Below are positions 39,601-42,767 of a stretch of 64,000 nt of DNA, in pieces. Source of the stretch: an uncultured Clostridia bacterium (lineage in GTDB: Bacteria > Bacillota > Clostridia > Christensenellales > UBA1242); contig CAKNPS010000003.1 of NCBI GenBank assembly GCA_930990515.1, forward strand, positions 49,006-113,005, in the 5' to 3' direction. Made by a program: the position numbers and the translations under genes. How positions within the stretch are numbered: the stretch's first letter is position 1; each line of letters opens with the position of its first letter. The notes beneath the pieces are model-generated. The model worked only from the letters and a program-made list of their open reading frames with translations, did no database searches and was not told where the DNA came from.

Positions 39601-40824
39601 TACTCAACAAATTTAACTAGAAATTCAAATTATTCTGCTTGGATTAAAACATCTGGTGGCGGTGGTGCTGCTGGTGATATATCAACAATAACAATAAAAA
39701 GTGGTTCTAATGGAGATTTTATTGAACCTAATGAAAAAATATTACAAAGAGGGTTTAATAGATATAGAAGTAATACTACTGCAACATCTGGATATTATTG
39801 GAATTATAACTACGGCAATAATGGTAGAGAAAGGTTGTTTGGAAATCTTCAAATGACTTCAACATTCTCATACTATGGAACAACAGCAGACGATACTGGT
39901 CCACGAAATATAAATGGCTCAATTGCAGAAACGAAATATACAAGTGTCTATGATTTTTCATCATATTTAAGTCAAGAAGCGGGTGCAGGTTGGACTATTT
40001 TTGGATTTCAAGTAGCATATGAAATTTCATTGGGCGTTGCAGCCGGATTTATTAGTTCAGGAATAGGTGCAGGAATAGGTGCAGGAATAGCTGGTGTTGC
40101 AACTGGAGTATTTTTTGCAGCAACTGCTGTGGATTGGGGGATTTTAGAATATCATAATTCAAATATGATTTTTGGTAATCAGCAATTCTTTATAGGTATT
40201 AGAGATGATGGTGGCTGGTTTGTACTAGACGATATACCATTATTAGGTATTGTATTTGATATAATAATGGAAATTCCACCTTTAACTTTTATAGATATTG
40301 ATGCTCCTAGAAATTATGCAAAAACATTCTTTGAACAAGGTGATATATACTATCAAGATGGTGGTTATGGTGATTATTGGTGGCTATATTATGATAAGAA
40401 TAGCTATGACACTAATAACAATCTTTTAGATGCTAATAGTTATAAGTCCGCATTCCTTAGATATTTAAATGGAATTCAAGATAACTTCAAAATTATCAAA
40501 AATAATAGAGTTGCTAGTGGTGGTATTTATGCTTGGGAAAATAATTTCTATGGTGGTTTAGGTGCTGGAGATGGAACTGGAATTGGTGGAAATGGTGGAA
40601 CTGCCTACACAAAAGAAATTTATGGTTATGCAAAAATGGATAATGGAACTATTAACGGTGATTCACTAATTGAAAATGAATCTGGCTATAAGTGCTTCTT
40701 TACAAGAAATGATATGGTTACATCTTCTGGTAAGTATGGTGATGCTGGTCAAACTAAGGACAGTGACACAACTTCAGGGCTTGATTCTTTAGGCAATTTT
40801 GTTGATGAAACAACAAACAATTAA
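18700..40824 (+). CDS. giant (~7,374 aa) surface lipoprotein: Ig-like repeats, multiple GLUG-motif modules, Gly-rich block, glycine-zipper hydrophobic hairpin, unknown C-terminal domain
   Basis: AAGGAGG 18688-18694 then ATG 18700. The frame stays open for 22,125 nt while all other frames hold only short ORFs. Lipoprotein signal MKKIAFGFLTLMMLFGGVLLSAC. More than 20 GG(I/V/L/F)(V/I/A)G motifs, for example AGGIVGY at 22612-22632, 28282-28305 and 34306-34329. Confidence 0.9.
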   Translation: MKKIAFGFLTLMMLFGGVLLSACGERNISISVSASEVEVYTNNAQEDSFENISVTLNGSDDGIGVQLESQNDVVEVTEPTRDRSGNYTFTINALRSGNATVRVYSIEDPSVYQYINVTSYTYLEELESLDLNDQDGRSGLYVVKGDSNGKDLTPTNFFNLYPLDANVTDIVWTFAENGGTVLYQSNTQVVAEIVDNQTLYVSENCTSYLTIDLVASFVQMPSVTGNVSLEVIDSSSIADFYIGASDEDRILIRNDATESTVSGRIVVNTIDDEMTAELVAYQMRNGMYIELQDYSDYFTVSSMTYNYENDQRIIDFTIDAQVDPEKQRLSGDIYVAFNLKYSAFTYEISTASSLDDLVLISTYFIPETLLLRDSTMSSISGRTIDLYSNYFTSYGYEVLVNVYPDDVVLNNSNYQILINANSTNMAQNPNYYLKVYKEDDLLNPITFTQSGTSTTWISEEIENGTSVYLQAGDGNYGSIADFAIQFVASGNGTATETIYANLYNITENENLDIREYTIGEDGEHILGDEFAFNQRYYISSSENSMSRDFYLRIYGYSTSTGLNLVYNQNNNFTVSYVENGRYEDVNNPDNSYVDLIVTVNVTREGYEGAFNFSFSHQTGATSETISIFAFAPIEDVVLVNNSEGSTNIYYDETNSQGFVYEQVDGQTIVSEDPNYTTNHTLSSLLMSAGSNINLGLGYGNATLNIDEYTAGYYFAYMDYDTFMGINTFEEGVDTEAIFNNLDPYRDGYNYNFITNNNNYFTYSNGYLTVASEQGEFVIYVAVIVQGYDENHDELNLMRIFKLESFYPVNSLRSNVTDARLYASESVSSTDANLTYTDVSVSLRLDKSAPTYIDLSNFSISLRNGITNVVSNEEDGLTYDTDSNGNITRAYLNSVTIENEYVTLSGFELVYADQTSQGLNSLRFRITAKSTEFNSVWNEIVNLTYELNYENVLVSTLSTNINIEIIQADRVENVTWINETEDGEIYLNIASNDPAEQSFIISTSISPNYAENRNLTYHYQQHNQGESVLEIRTDSISQSFSLTIGNRSRGGYGYLYILPEDMVKIVNGIRQIVIYGVDENGDIETQAQYLPLSQIDNYYEELIGGTYETEYGTIANYFINNYNERVYYSDIILKIRVTVADGLSEETAIRVYSQSDLENVENNLYYRVMNDIDLVNFNSIGEGTTFSGMIFGNTDDVTLSFANNSESLVDRLSGTIKNLTMTGNVVGGGFVANYIQEGGLVDNVTVDVNYENGNYLPSTLTQGVAIDGNYYAGGIAGQNMGTISNSNVFGLEIDLNQNGGYTNTVAGGIVGYNLGGRVENCGVEFYNFIRTESTGEEDVEATYNNKITANVVGGIIGQGGYSLNASTGAVNDIRIINSYVYAFNLIYQDGDSPADISGDSYTSVLNGQDGAVGAFVGSLNVNGSAGGATYFRLVNSFAFLGDYRRNNVNSNIFNDLSIGQIKGSGSRVYQNSYITYFEIVGETENTGDGETTVYRYRLKMDYVLNESTTIADLNNVRTLEYSNIDSIDYSEFDSSVWETNEIDQDVNFGFAYLRDVNQNIAVSVDQTIQTVDGKTINADYVDGDSQVKAGILFLYQTQENVTNAGAQSEINRANTISITDLFGVTEREAQSLLISVDRENFIGFTTNNITALRTNINLGQTIKLTLYSRVDFSDSQTYEIMVINYVPELTLTTGNTVISDGDVLNVQTRSQEVDGSDNSRQVQVVLDYSTYFNGEEYHLVSDDAYSYSVSYENNTSENGDYISNYVSGNNITFIANSATGNDYVNTTINLNFDRLKTNYSQFNDALTNYRKSNFYISSYLGANSLIVDARDFNITPDESVSFNAEIISDSKEEDLSLTFTYNDRDYFVDENNQVVINDNLVLDVDWTKETDGTRNNFKVVINVNRDYRHKVDATYDFVISINALSQNNNTNLLKTINFVVQKQRINKVNVTAYTISSRTINNSRWYYTPSTTISSTLVPGSDSILTLEVSPNFAHFSQIEVTYTASSSGMVGTVGISRLSYNSTYGYYIDSSTTDNITSGLRVTPTDSDLQNGVYYFRIYVSSSFTSNSNVTLRFTFYDETENVGSYTYNYVIDYLSSAEVLVDGAHSVMLAKGDSAQVSITLDLDQTLTNNSIRLENNGTSIYLSSITEEVTDSYRRYTATISTSVTSNLADGNSTGAFYVYASVSRYVNGILDYVESYATVYLVDFTINADETKVVGTTDTATYNGNTYDAFYSYINANQTLAFDYVIEPETYNFDPNNNEEYQAVYGQNGLMAKRRQFVQNGSYRDDVSGYYINYSYNSTTGTYTEIPIEQRLYYVNNDGSATAIYNSQRGEFVENSIIEFSSGSNDTLVIKGLRIGSVLLRLTTTVVIGNTTFEYNYDFVVVISIWTDEEVPMPIYTAEEFLNFAAGNPDEQGNVTAADYILMNDIVLENYTPVDTTYFRSLDGNGYQIYISSFNTSGANSTLNLALFNQVASTSTIKNVRVNLYNAGQLTINVNQFTNINIAGFALTNNGTIYNCEVVAYYDENHSVSRVSGNTGIVVNFVRGNGTDYVHLTSQDISVSNVNISGFVNTNNSIITNSRVGGTSIGTVIETDDPNLNYYSEVLLPLFTIQGQGTVAGFVNNNVGTISASFANNVQINNQMNSTTSITSGFAVTNTGDINTSYTQGAESESSSSSDGRTYYFDGSTIASTGRVAGFIYNNSGIVKNSYVNIAFEVDISRSYLSAGFVYQNNEGAEITLCYAAAKMSLTDINEMSFSGVSENGTTSLNTGTISNSYYYNTSRVDTTTQSNFDVGAYSITDVGYESTFYRFSFASEENAYDGIWTMTDDGITLTSANKIAFSNRYIVYNSEEEDDYYFLYRTLTDLSNYRQIDLSYGSENNPIIIRSAADFAKATGKAQETEISSYKRYYNDTEVFGTYRLVNDIDFSEIDQNVSGENNILLTTTSKTFSGILDGNSFTISNISLGASTSMENYGLFARLEDGVIMNLGLQVVSVHNANARIVGTLAGTAIDSRLIAINLSPNERRDDEEAIEAVSIEGYNIVGGLVGIVMGDSILNDITVTNIDVNSAYYYGANKSITYNSNFTGDNLRQLVYLGSSLTSLVRSLSYAGGVAGYVDIYTNIGDGYVKYSSQTDLTDYEVVSIKVLDSVDIFGEVAGGLFGYLGRSLMAYDLGIELDADMALNSASYITSKNLYAGGIVGESYAGLYAVYAKYEDTLQSSIERGIYNYYNGGGSERGQLSIFSYSSLDTRHQGRYNSPLYIGGLVGYAGAGYIAVGYNKLNVTSNIERSDYSYTTEAVGGIVGYISSDYNYDADFISENVNISYYLYEVYFSGVLYSETNANAGGIVGDIDVNNDIALNKVNSIPYYDTTESVNNVYSLVAGFKEEDNGNLVDTLDMSDAIYLLDARGDYHNVINSLNASTSGSVRMSVATSNQYLIDAGKQSSYINGLSDDEVIPSGLSYRPILEMESLANIPTTDGVDRAHSAMASYFLQNNWDDTRWEHKSDQIFPDIILYPKDEVIWLDADPDSIASMLEAVKDRPNATVVVRGRVNEDVVGDYADVDLRGYEEISSFGGTFISYNNYMHSNDEGIISSTANQVRQIKRGTNGGSDTSYVIGGYEGDEVGLILSSPLFTSTESGLTIDGLNIYLAVDSNGDKEAIGDNSDDSTEINLTDSPAIVSGTLTSATLIDLNIFINGNLNITSSQTNIGLIAESANSTNFQSINFIFRYENLGTTVNNPKINLNLEANTADSNGVRNFGLLVGELEQNNVYNSTTVSNIIISSEEKNNRSSSHDNLKLEANIINNNYVNSEYTTPGNINNSLSFGFLIGQTSITDGETLPLNFGINNLIDDTLSGINLTIEGAEVENAGNNNANQSLNDLYFGGYIGRANLRTVSLIGGVNPVSLIKNFIVHQKISVNNNMYFGLGFGELTGNGEFSLNALSTGSQNTGLDVTGGLYQFESVTTGTTQTSTSDPVVNVGGFIGSADFTISLTSALNVNFDVKGNQPLEDAEGNETTFEDYDKGVTSQNSINGIYSAKDFNNVGGVWTTETSRTADNEYTAEVYTVNGQSNIGTFVGRINSGTFSFSEIYISEYSDIQISNASGSTSSNSQLNETNIGTIGLIENGMFAIENGSSKYSGANYFVETNGIANVGGLIGKANALSQFRVQSYMYDGTVVSFANTLNFGGLAGNVKITNSGNLQSVIYGGTLKNFVKSNNDNQTVNNIYVGGIIGSVDVSGMSGNNNLNINGAYSYGDVFVAYESANATLNLTTFMFGGIIGSINDGDVNPNVSLVNSYSLMTPFNDRLVDDGLNGAHYRINALVGQNEELVSYGQYNYYSSGVTMSYQYEGEANNIDVSYGFNDENYYGYSAQEIEGNGNNADLSGQISNDSDSEGIIEVIKNAIQGFTTMSQEVRTAEGAKLNPTRVVESGDSGDDEVSFAGISSNSNTAIDDMQIKWYYFEEDINIADEDAGSINTNSLNNVVIVGNGKTITYTPTSLENNQISVFKSIGTTDDTFSAISGLVVDIDFDFDLVSDNVQMAGLVQYIGQNATNPSIMIYAVGVTGNVELGSTGTANFGGIVSNMYRGMISNSYADLDIFYHAGADRRDSGGQTYYFAQSTLSAITNVQDGLVEIYNTFAMGNVKSYVPANIYTFNSYSTYNETQTYRTRIFDSYSVMQVETEDYGFNNNSGDEVVSYGNYNISNFQASTLSNSYYSDYSGLIGVKTRIEGTNYITEIDSSNRNGIRSLVDNMSIGYNTDNEVRYKIDNTTGDIYSPWFYSPYRNYGYGTTGFVYLRNTSTYSREKTNIESTAVLTSGENATYAYNTYEYTKLSEEELATLNKTTGSYTITIEEGNTNSRDYFLAITNVGKFRQLVGLDGENHKFFLKYDINLSDLSKNNDTSWNYNNSNLGSTNNMVVLDGQNHLIEFENAKGLFINVYANMENLRVINYEDINTPNYTEAVNGYRYFGVLAGTYTGKLINVTVQGDIEFTGATDYVNKVGGVVGKFTGTIISAENLVNISIENGANVVGGIVGEFNGDADVDDGLVEDVETVAGDIVNTLKDGTISYSSNNGTIVAKTSLFSSTTGTGTPSSMTTGLVATTSHNPYNDGGDSSGSISTQNEPVDRNSNLVTVLGGIAGYVSEGTIDHAYNNATVMNNYDDLDNYTWEKNLASGGIVGYSEGNISNSLNMGYVVSGNNRNTGVALAGGIVGYSTGKVSYSYNDAKVQAVSYINASHYKITMENLTYEEKGQADSGSNKVDFTFKIEYNTYETTEHNEETGEEVTVDVKMDRLVMAYGIGYINGGSEEGNANFDTEEIVNDGNIGYTIRRITPSFEAQRYSGGDTSILSVVDNVDNIVEKYDYYLATGEDGEDGADIRISAYDSYGFPSRFNYYYSYSFDIKGFNHNYNSSFGPFMSFMLTDRSPNTTLGDTQISNYSETTSLSDNIYPGGDSTYYFSIPLYNTTTKFINDGNSYEELVEDISNLNSNLNRTNSDDVDETDFDNLYSDINAVREAEDDVTDESINVNGKEYTYVSSSGDFTSFTGGVGISGAIPIEVPDVGYSYEDDLLDPGSLTVRPIRVSSIDFGLHIDETSGVSVNDDLLTNLEAIGANVRISEENGSYFLNYTAYYNRSELANALGLTSGSNVQNVIEAIQLDVQYNLIYQYSTEITLTKRNLNKFTNARLGYGVEVDMITNTNGYQALSIGEYLDEYGFADYYNGILNRDEELDNLEVYFTNSGTNYYYDTQDNIFVEMGDSVPANVLTLDLIRDASLSNDNENDKIADYLGVLLRFSNDLKRNRFINLVTNTASPYTMNIVYYVQGNGAYDQTIGGSTTFNASYSRAVNFPTNDISNPNGSYVTKTDNGNSAVFEFIVDSFDGSDEVVINFTSSGSSGDSSSATITLNIDYNASTVDDRYSYTYGSGVSQDYSTGNYYIFGTGSDVSTWPVRLTTGVSGEGNPTIILTSNNDNGRIYITNANVSRISFTEYELDLPSEYNRTTTIEVNGNNYDVTGIYKLKLSGNQILDENDQVIDGYTYSNGTLTREQGVDSNVTLYYTYDRAETEDGLQVASASTSDGGINIVYIANDGFYYSLYEDENGNLVNGTEDKGSGNYVQMIDGDSDSAATSINYTFYSTGTISSFHGINITSGNYIVTEAKYPNGALSYTLTKVDAESPILVIYHIMDIAYKVDENGQTTSEVIQSGYEYVIDYTGSSASYYMVEIAGENTYNIIDTNKWDNLENYFLDEDYLNSYYMQGGSGSILDYTYDMDPYFSFKYSKLLSANTVLGQEYSLRTGLGEHDTTSGIVNTFSYITSSGGNITGLEFNNIRYQVQSYSLNVSLKLGEGYETRINYKAEVVTEGEEIQIYYLDKNNNRIAIVESENIVSGSGEIEDVNQYIVLIEDVNLNGTIIRSGTRIAEILDNNEIEFVNASYENILGTEEQTIPLGSIMTYTMQLRTSDNNIVTLTIELGLDSLLFTNDYTSKLIANNITENTSNYGTTIPNVEFTENSLASYSGNEVVFNAANFGPTETESSTEMYFGPSSITFDVGTEDIIDSGTVNGNITLSTSSSKDSFIATGLENNVDNTNDKQHSLSIGVDDTAQEFGSFTDYYEFELTIPFIFNNQKDETLTADDFASSNGNIIISDNIYIQDMSTTINGLNTDTMEVRGYNYLITQKLSLGTFYYAVRVGATGYLQDLVFAISADADPNDERASVNVFDVVSSETGGTRVSNILIYGTIRQISVDKFYNIGTDANGSITILNASSLNATSLESNMSLIGADGLSGNSVWQNGDGFDSGNGESVLVTLQSKTGNVTLADNSILVAGNGGNGSNGTDGSRSNNFNRPKGNNGENAGNGGNGGVVSGEGISISGADGTAGNGGNGADGLNATTDSNAGGGGAGGDSGTTGAKNKMTNRQYNKDIAGSGGSGGLGMFYNGNADYESDSDYYHEYSYSGNATQPDKGDSTKGGGYNDNGYSTNLTRNSNYSAWIKTSGGGGAAGDISTITIKSGSNGDFIEPNEKILQRGFNRYRSNTTATSGYYWNYNYGNNGRERLFGNLQMTSTFSYYGTTADDTGPRNINGSIAETKYTSVYDFSSYLSQEAGAGWTIFGFQVAYEISLGVAAGFISSGIGAGIGAGIAGVATGVFFAATAVDWGILEYHNSNMIFGNQQFFIGIRDDGGWFVLDDIPLLGIVFDIIMEIPPLTFIDIDAPRNYAKTFFEQGDIYYQDGGYGDYWWLYYDKNSYDTNNNLLDANSYKSAFLRYLNGIQDNFKIIKNNRVASGGIYAWENNFYGGLGAGDGTGIGGNGGTAYTKEIYGYAKMDNGTINGDSLIENESGYKCFFTRNDMVTSSGKYGDAGQTKDSDTTSGLDSLGNFVDETTNN

Positions 40825-40847
40825 AATTTTACTTAGGAGAAAATGTT

Positions 40848-41570
40848 ATGGACAATAGTGATGTTTCACATGAAGGACATAGAAAAAGACTTTTGGACAC
40901 TGTCATTAAAGCAGGACTTGAAAATTTAAGTGAAATTCAAATTGTGGAATTTATGCTCACTTATGTCTTTCCGCGAGGGGATGTCAATCCTCTCGCACAT
41001 CGTCTCCTTGACGCTTATGGAACTCTTGGCGGCATTCTTGATGCTGAACCTGTCGAACTTATGACAATTAAAGGTATTAATGAAAGGAGTGCAAAGAAAA
41101 TCTCCAGTTTAAGTTCCCTTTTCTTCGCTTACACCACTTCAAGAATGAGAGGACATGGTGTTTATGAAAACGAAGGAGAAATATTGGACTTGGTGGAAGT
41201 TTCACTGAGATTTCGCACCACAGAAAATTTTCTTATGCTTGGTTTTAGTCCTGCCAATATTCTTTGCGGAAGTAAAAGAGTTGTTTCTTCCAAGACTGAC
41301 GAAGTAAGTATTAACATTCTAGATTTCATGGCTTTCATATCTTCTTGCAAACCTACATCTTTGGTTGTTGCACACAATCATCCTTATGGGAAGGCAAAAC
41401 CTAGTCCAAAAGATGACAATGCAAGAAAATTGATTGAAAATCTTTGTTTCAATTGTGGAATTAGACTTTTGGACACCTACATTATTGGCGAAGACGGAGT
41501 TTATAGCCAAGGTCGAAAGGAATTTAGAAGAAAATATTGCAATGTTGACGACTTGGTTGATTTGTTCTAA
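40848..41570 (+). CDS. radC: RadC-like JAB/MPN domain protein
   Basis: AGGAG SD, ATG 23 nt after the giant gene stop. HEGHRKRL, HhH region IKGINERSAKKI and JAB motif VVAHNHPYGKAKPSPKDD. Confidence 0.85.
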   Translation: MDNSDVSHEGHRKRLLDTVIKAGLENLSEIQIVEFMLTYVFPRGDVNPLAHRLLDAYGTLGGILDAEPVELMTIKGINERSAKKISSLSSLFFAYTTSRMRGHGVYENEGEILDLVEVSLRFRTTENFLMLGFSPANILCGSKRVVSSKTDEVSINILDFMAFISSCKPTSLVVAHNHPYGKAKPSPKDDNARKLIENLCFNCGIRLLDTYIIGEDGVYSQGRKEFRRKYCNVDDLVDLF

Positions 41571-41601
41571 AAAGTTTAAGGCATTTACCTTTGAAATCAA
41601 C

Positions 41602-41642
41602 AAAAAAAGATAGTGGAAATATAACTTCACTATCTTTTTTTT
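41602..41642 (+). terminator. intrinsic terminator closing the giant-gene/radC unit
   Basis: A-run, GATAGTG-12 nt-CACTATC hairpin, T8 run. Confidence 0.7.
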
Positions 41643-41798
41643 ATTTAATAATTAACTAAATTATATTTTTTATTTTAAAATAATAAAAAATTCATAATAA
41701 AATAATTAAAAATATTTTTTTAATCGAAATTATCGAATTTTTAGTCATTTTTTTATTTTTGAATTATTTTTATTTTATATTAATTAAAAATATTTAAT

Positions 41799-42212
41799 TT
41801 AAAATAATTTTAAGAAAAAATATGTGACAACTGCTCCTATTATTGTTCCAAGAAGTGCAAACAAAAATGATAAAAGAATTGTGAGCCGATTTGTTTTTTG
41901 TTTTTCTTTTTTTGTAATTTTTATTGGTTCTTCAATTTCTTCAAAGCCAAAAGGGAGCACAGCAAGGCAGTAGGTGTCGTCATCATCATATTTAATGGAA
42001 ATCATATCTTGTCTTTCAAGATGTGTTAGAATGTGTCTTATTCCTTCGCTATCCGTTCTATAGTGTTTCGGCAATAAAGAGATGATATCCGAACTTTCAA
42101 ATATCTTATAACTCCCACCGCTGCTTTCTTTTGCCAGTATTTTCAAAACAAGTCTTGACTTTGTGTCTAGCATAACTATATTTTTGCTTTTTAATAATTT
42201 TTTATTCTTCAT
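41799..42212 (-). CDS. hypothetical winged-helix-like protein with C-terminal TM anchor
   Basis: 137 aa. Soluble N-terminal ~95 aa (LVLKILAKES...IRHILTHLERQDMISIKYDD). Basic linker KKEKQKTNR, then TM LTILLSFLFALLGTIIGAVVTYFFL. Confidence 0.5.
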   Translation of the reverse strand: MKNKKLLKSKNIVMLDTKSRLVLKILAKESSGGSYKIFESSDIISLLPKHYRTDSEGIRHILTHLERQDMISIKYDDDDTYCLAVLPFGFEEIEEPIKITKKEKQKTNRLTILLSFLFALLGTIIGAVVTYFFLKLF

Positions 42213-42277
42213 TCCTTATTAAAGTTAAAGGTCAGTCGTGATTGTATAAAAATTTTGTTTTGCAAAAAAATAATGAT

Positions 42278-42637
42278 ATGACGAAGAAAGAGAAACTTGT
42301 TATGACTTATCTATGCAACAAGTGTCAGAAAAAGAAAACATATCTTATTTCTCCGCAAGAAATTACTTCTGCACTCTCAAAGAAGTATGTTTTATCCATT
42401 GATGAAATTGATGAGATCATGGTAGGGCTTTCCAACTCCAACTTCATAGATTTTGTAATCTCAGACGGTAAGAAGGGGTATATGTACTGTGTGACATTAA
42501 AAAAGTGCGGGCAGACATATCTAACCGATGTGAAAAATCAAAAAAAGACGCTAGGTATACTAGTCCTTCGCTCAATATTTCTTGCTACAGTCAGTTTTAT
42601 TTTTGGTATCATCTTAAAGGCAATTTTTAAATCGTGA
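42278..42637 (+). CDS. hypothetical winged-helix-like protein with C-terminal TM anchor (architectural paralog of 41799..42212)
   Basis: 119 aa from ATG 42278 (ORF opens at 42242). LVMTYLCNK...ISPQEITSAL...IDEIMVGLSNSNFIDFV then TM LGILVLRSIFLATVSFIFGIILKAIF. Divergent from its neighbour. Confidence 0.5.
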   Translation: MTKKEKLVMTYLCNKCQKKKTYLISPQEITSALSKKYVLSIDEIDEIMVGLSNSNFIDFVISDGKKGYMYCVTLKKCGQTYLTDVKNQKKTLGILVLRSIFLATVSFIFGIILKAIFKS

Positions 42638-42709
42638 TAAATTAAAAACATAATTTTTGAAAATATATCGATAATAAATAAAGAAAATGTGGTAAGTTTT
42701 GAAATTTAG

Positions 42710-42737
42710 TTGACAAATCCCCCCCCCGTTTTATAAT
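42710..42737 (+). promoter_or_regulatory. sigma-A type promoter TTGACA-16-TATAAT with a C9 tract in the spacer
   Basis: TTGACA 42710-42715, C9 at 42719-42727, TATAAT 42732-42737, AAGGAGG 42756-42762, ATG 42768. Confidence 0.6.
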
Positions 42738-42767
42738 GGCTGTGAGAGTGAATTTAAGGAGGTTAAA

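Noticed and set aside
18700-40824. Giant protein as an IgA-protease/Zmp-type zinc metalloprotease or sortase-anchored adhesin
   Set aside because: Reading the translation I found no HEXXH motif and no LPXTG-type C-terminal sorting signal. Only the GLUG-type repeats are shared with those families.
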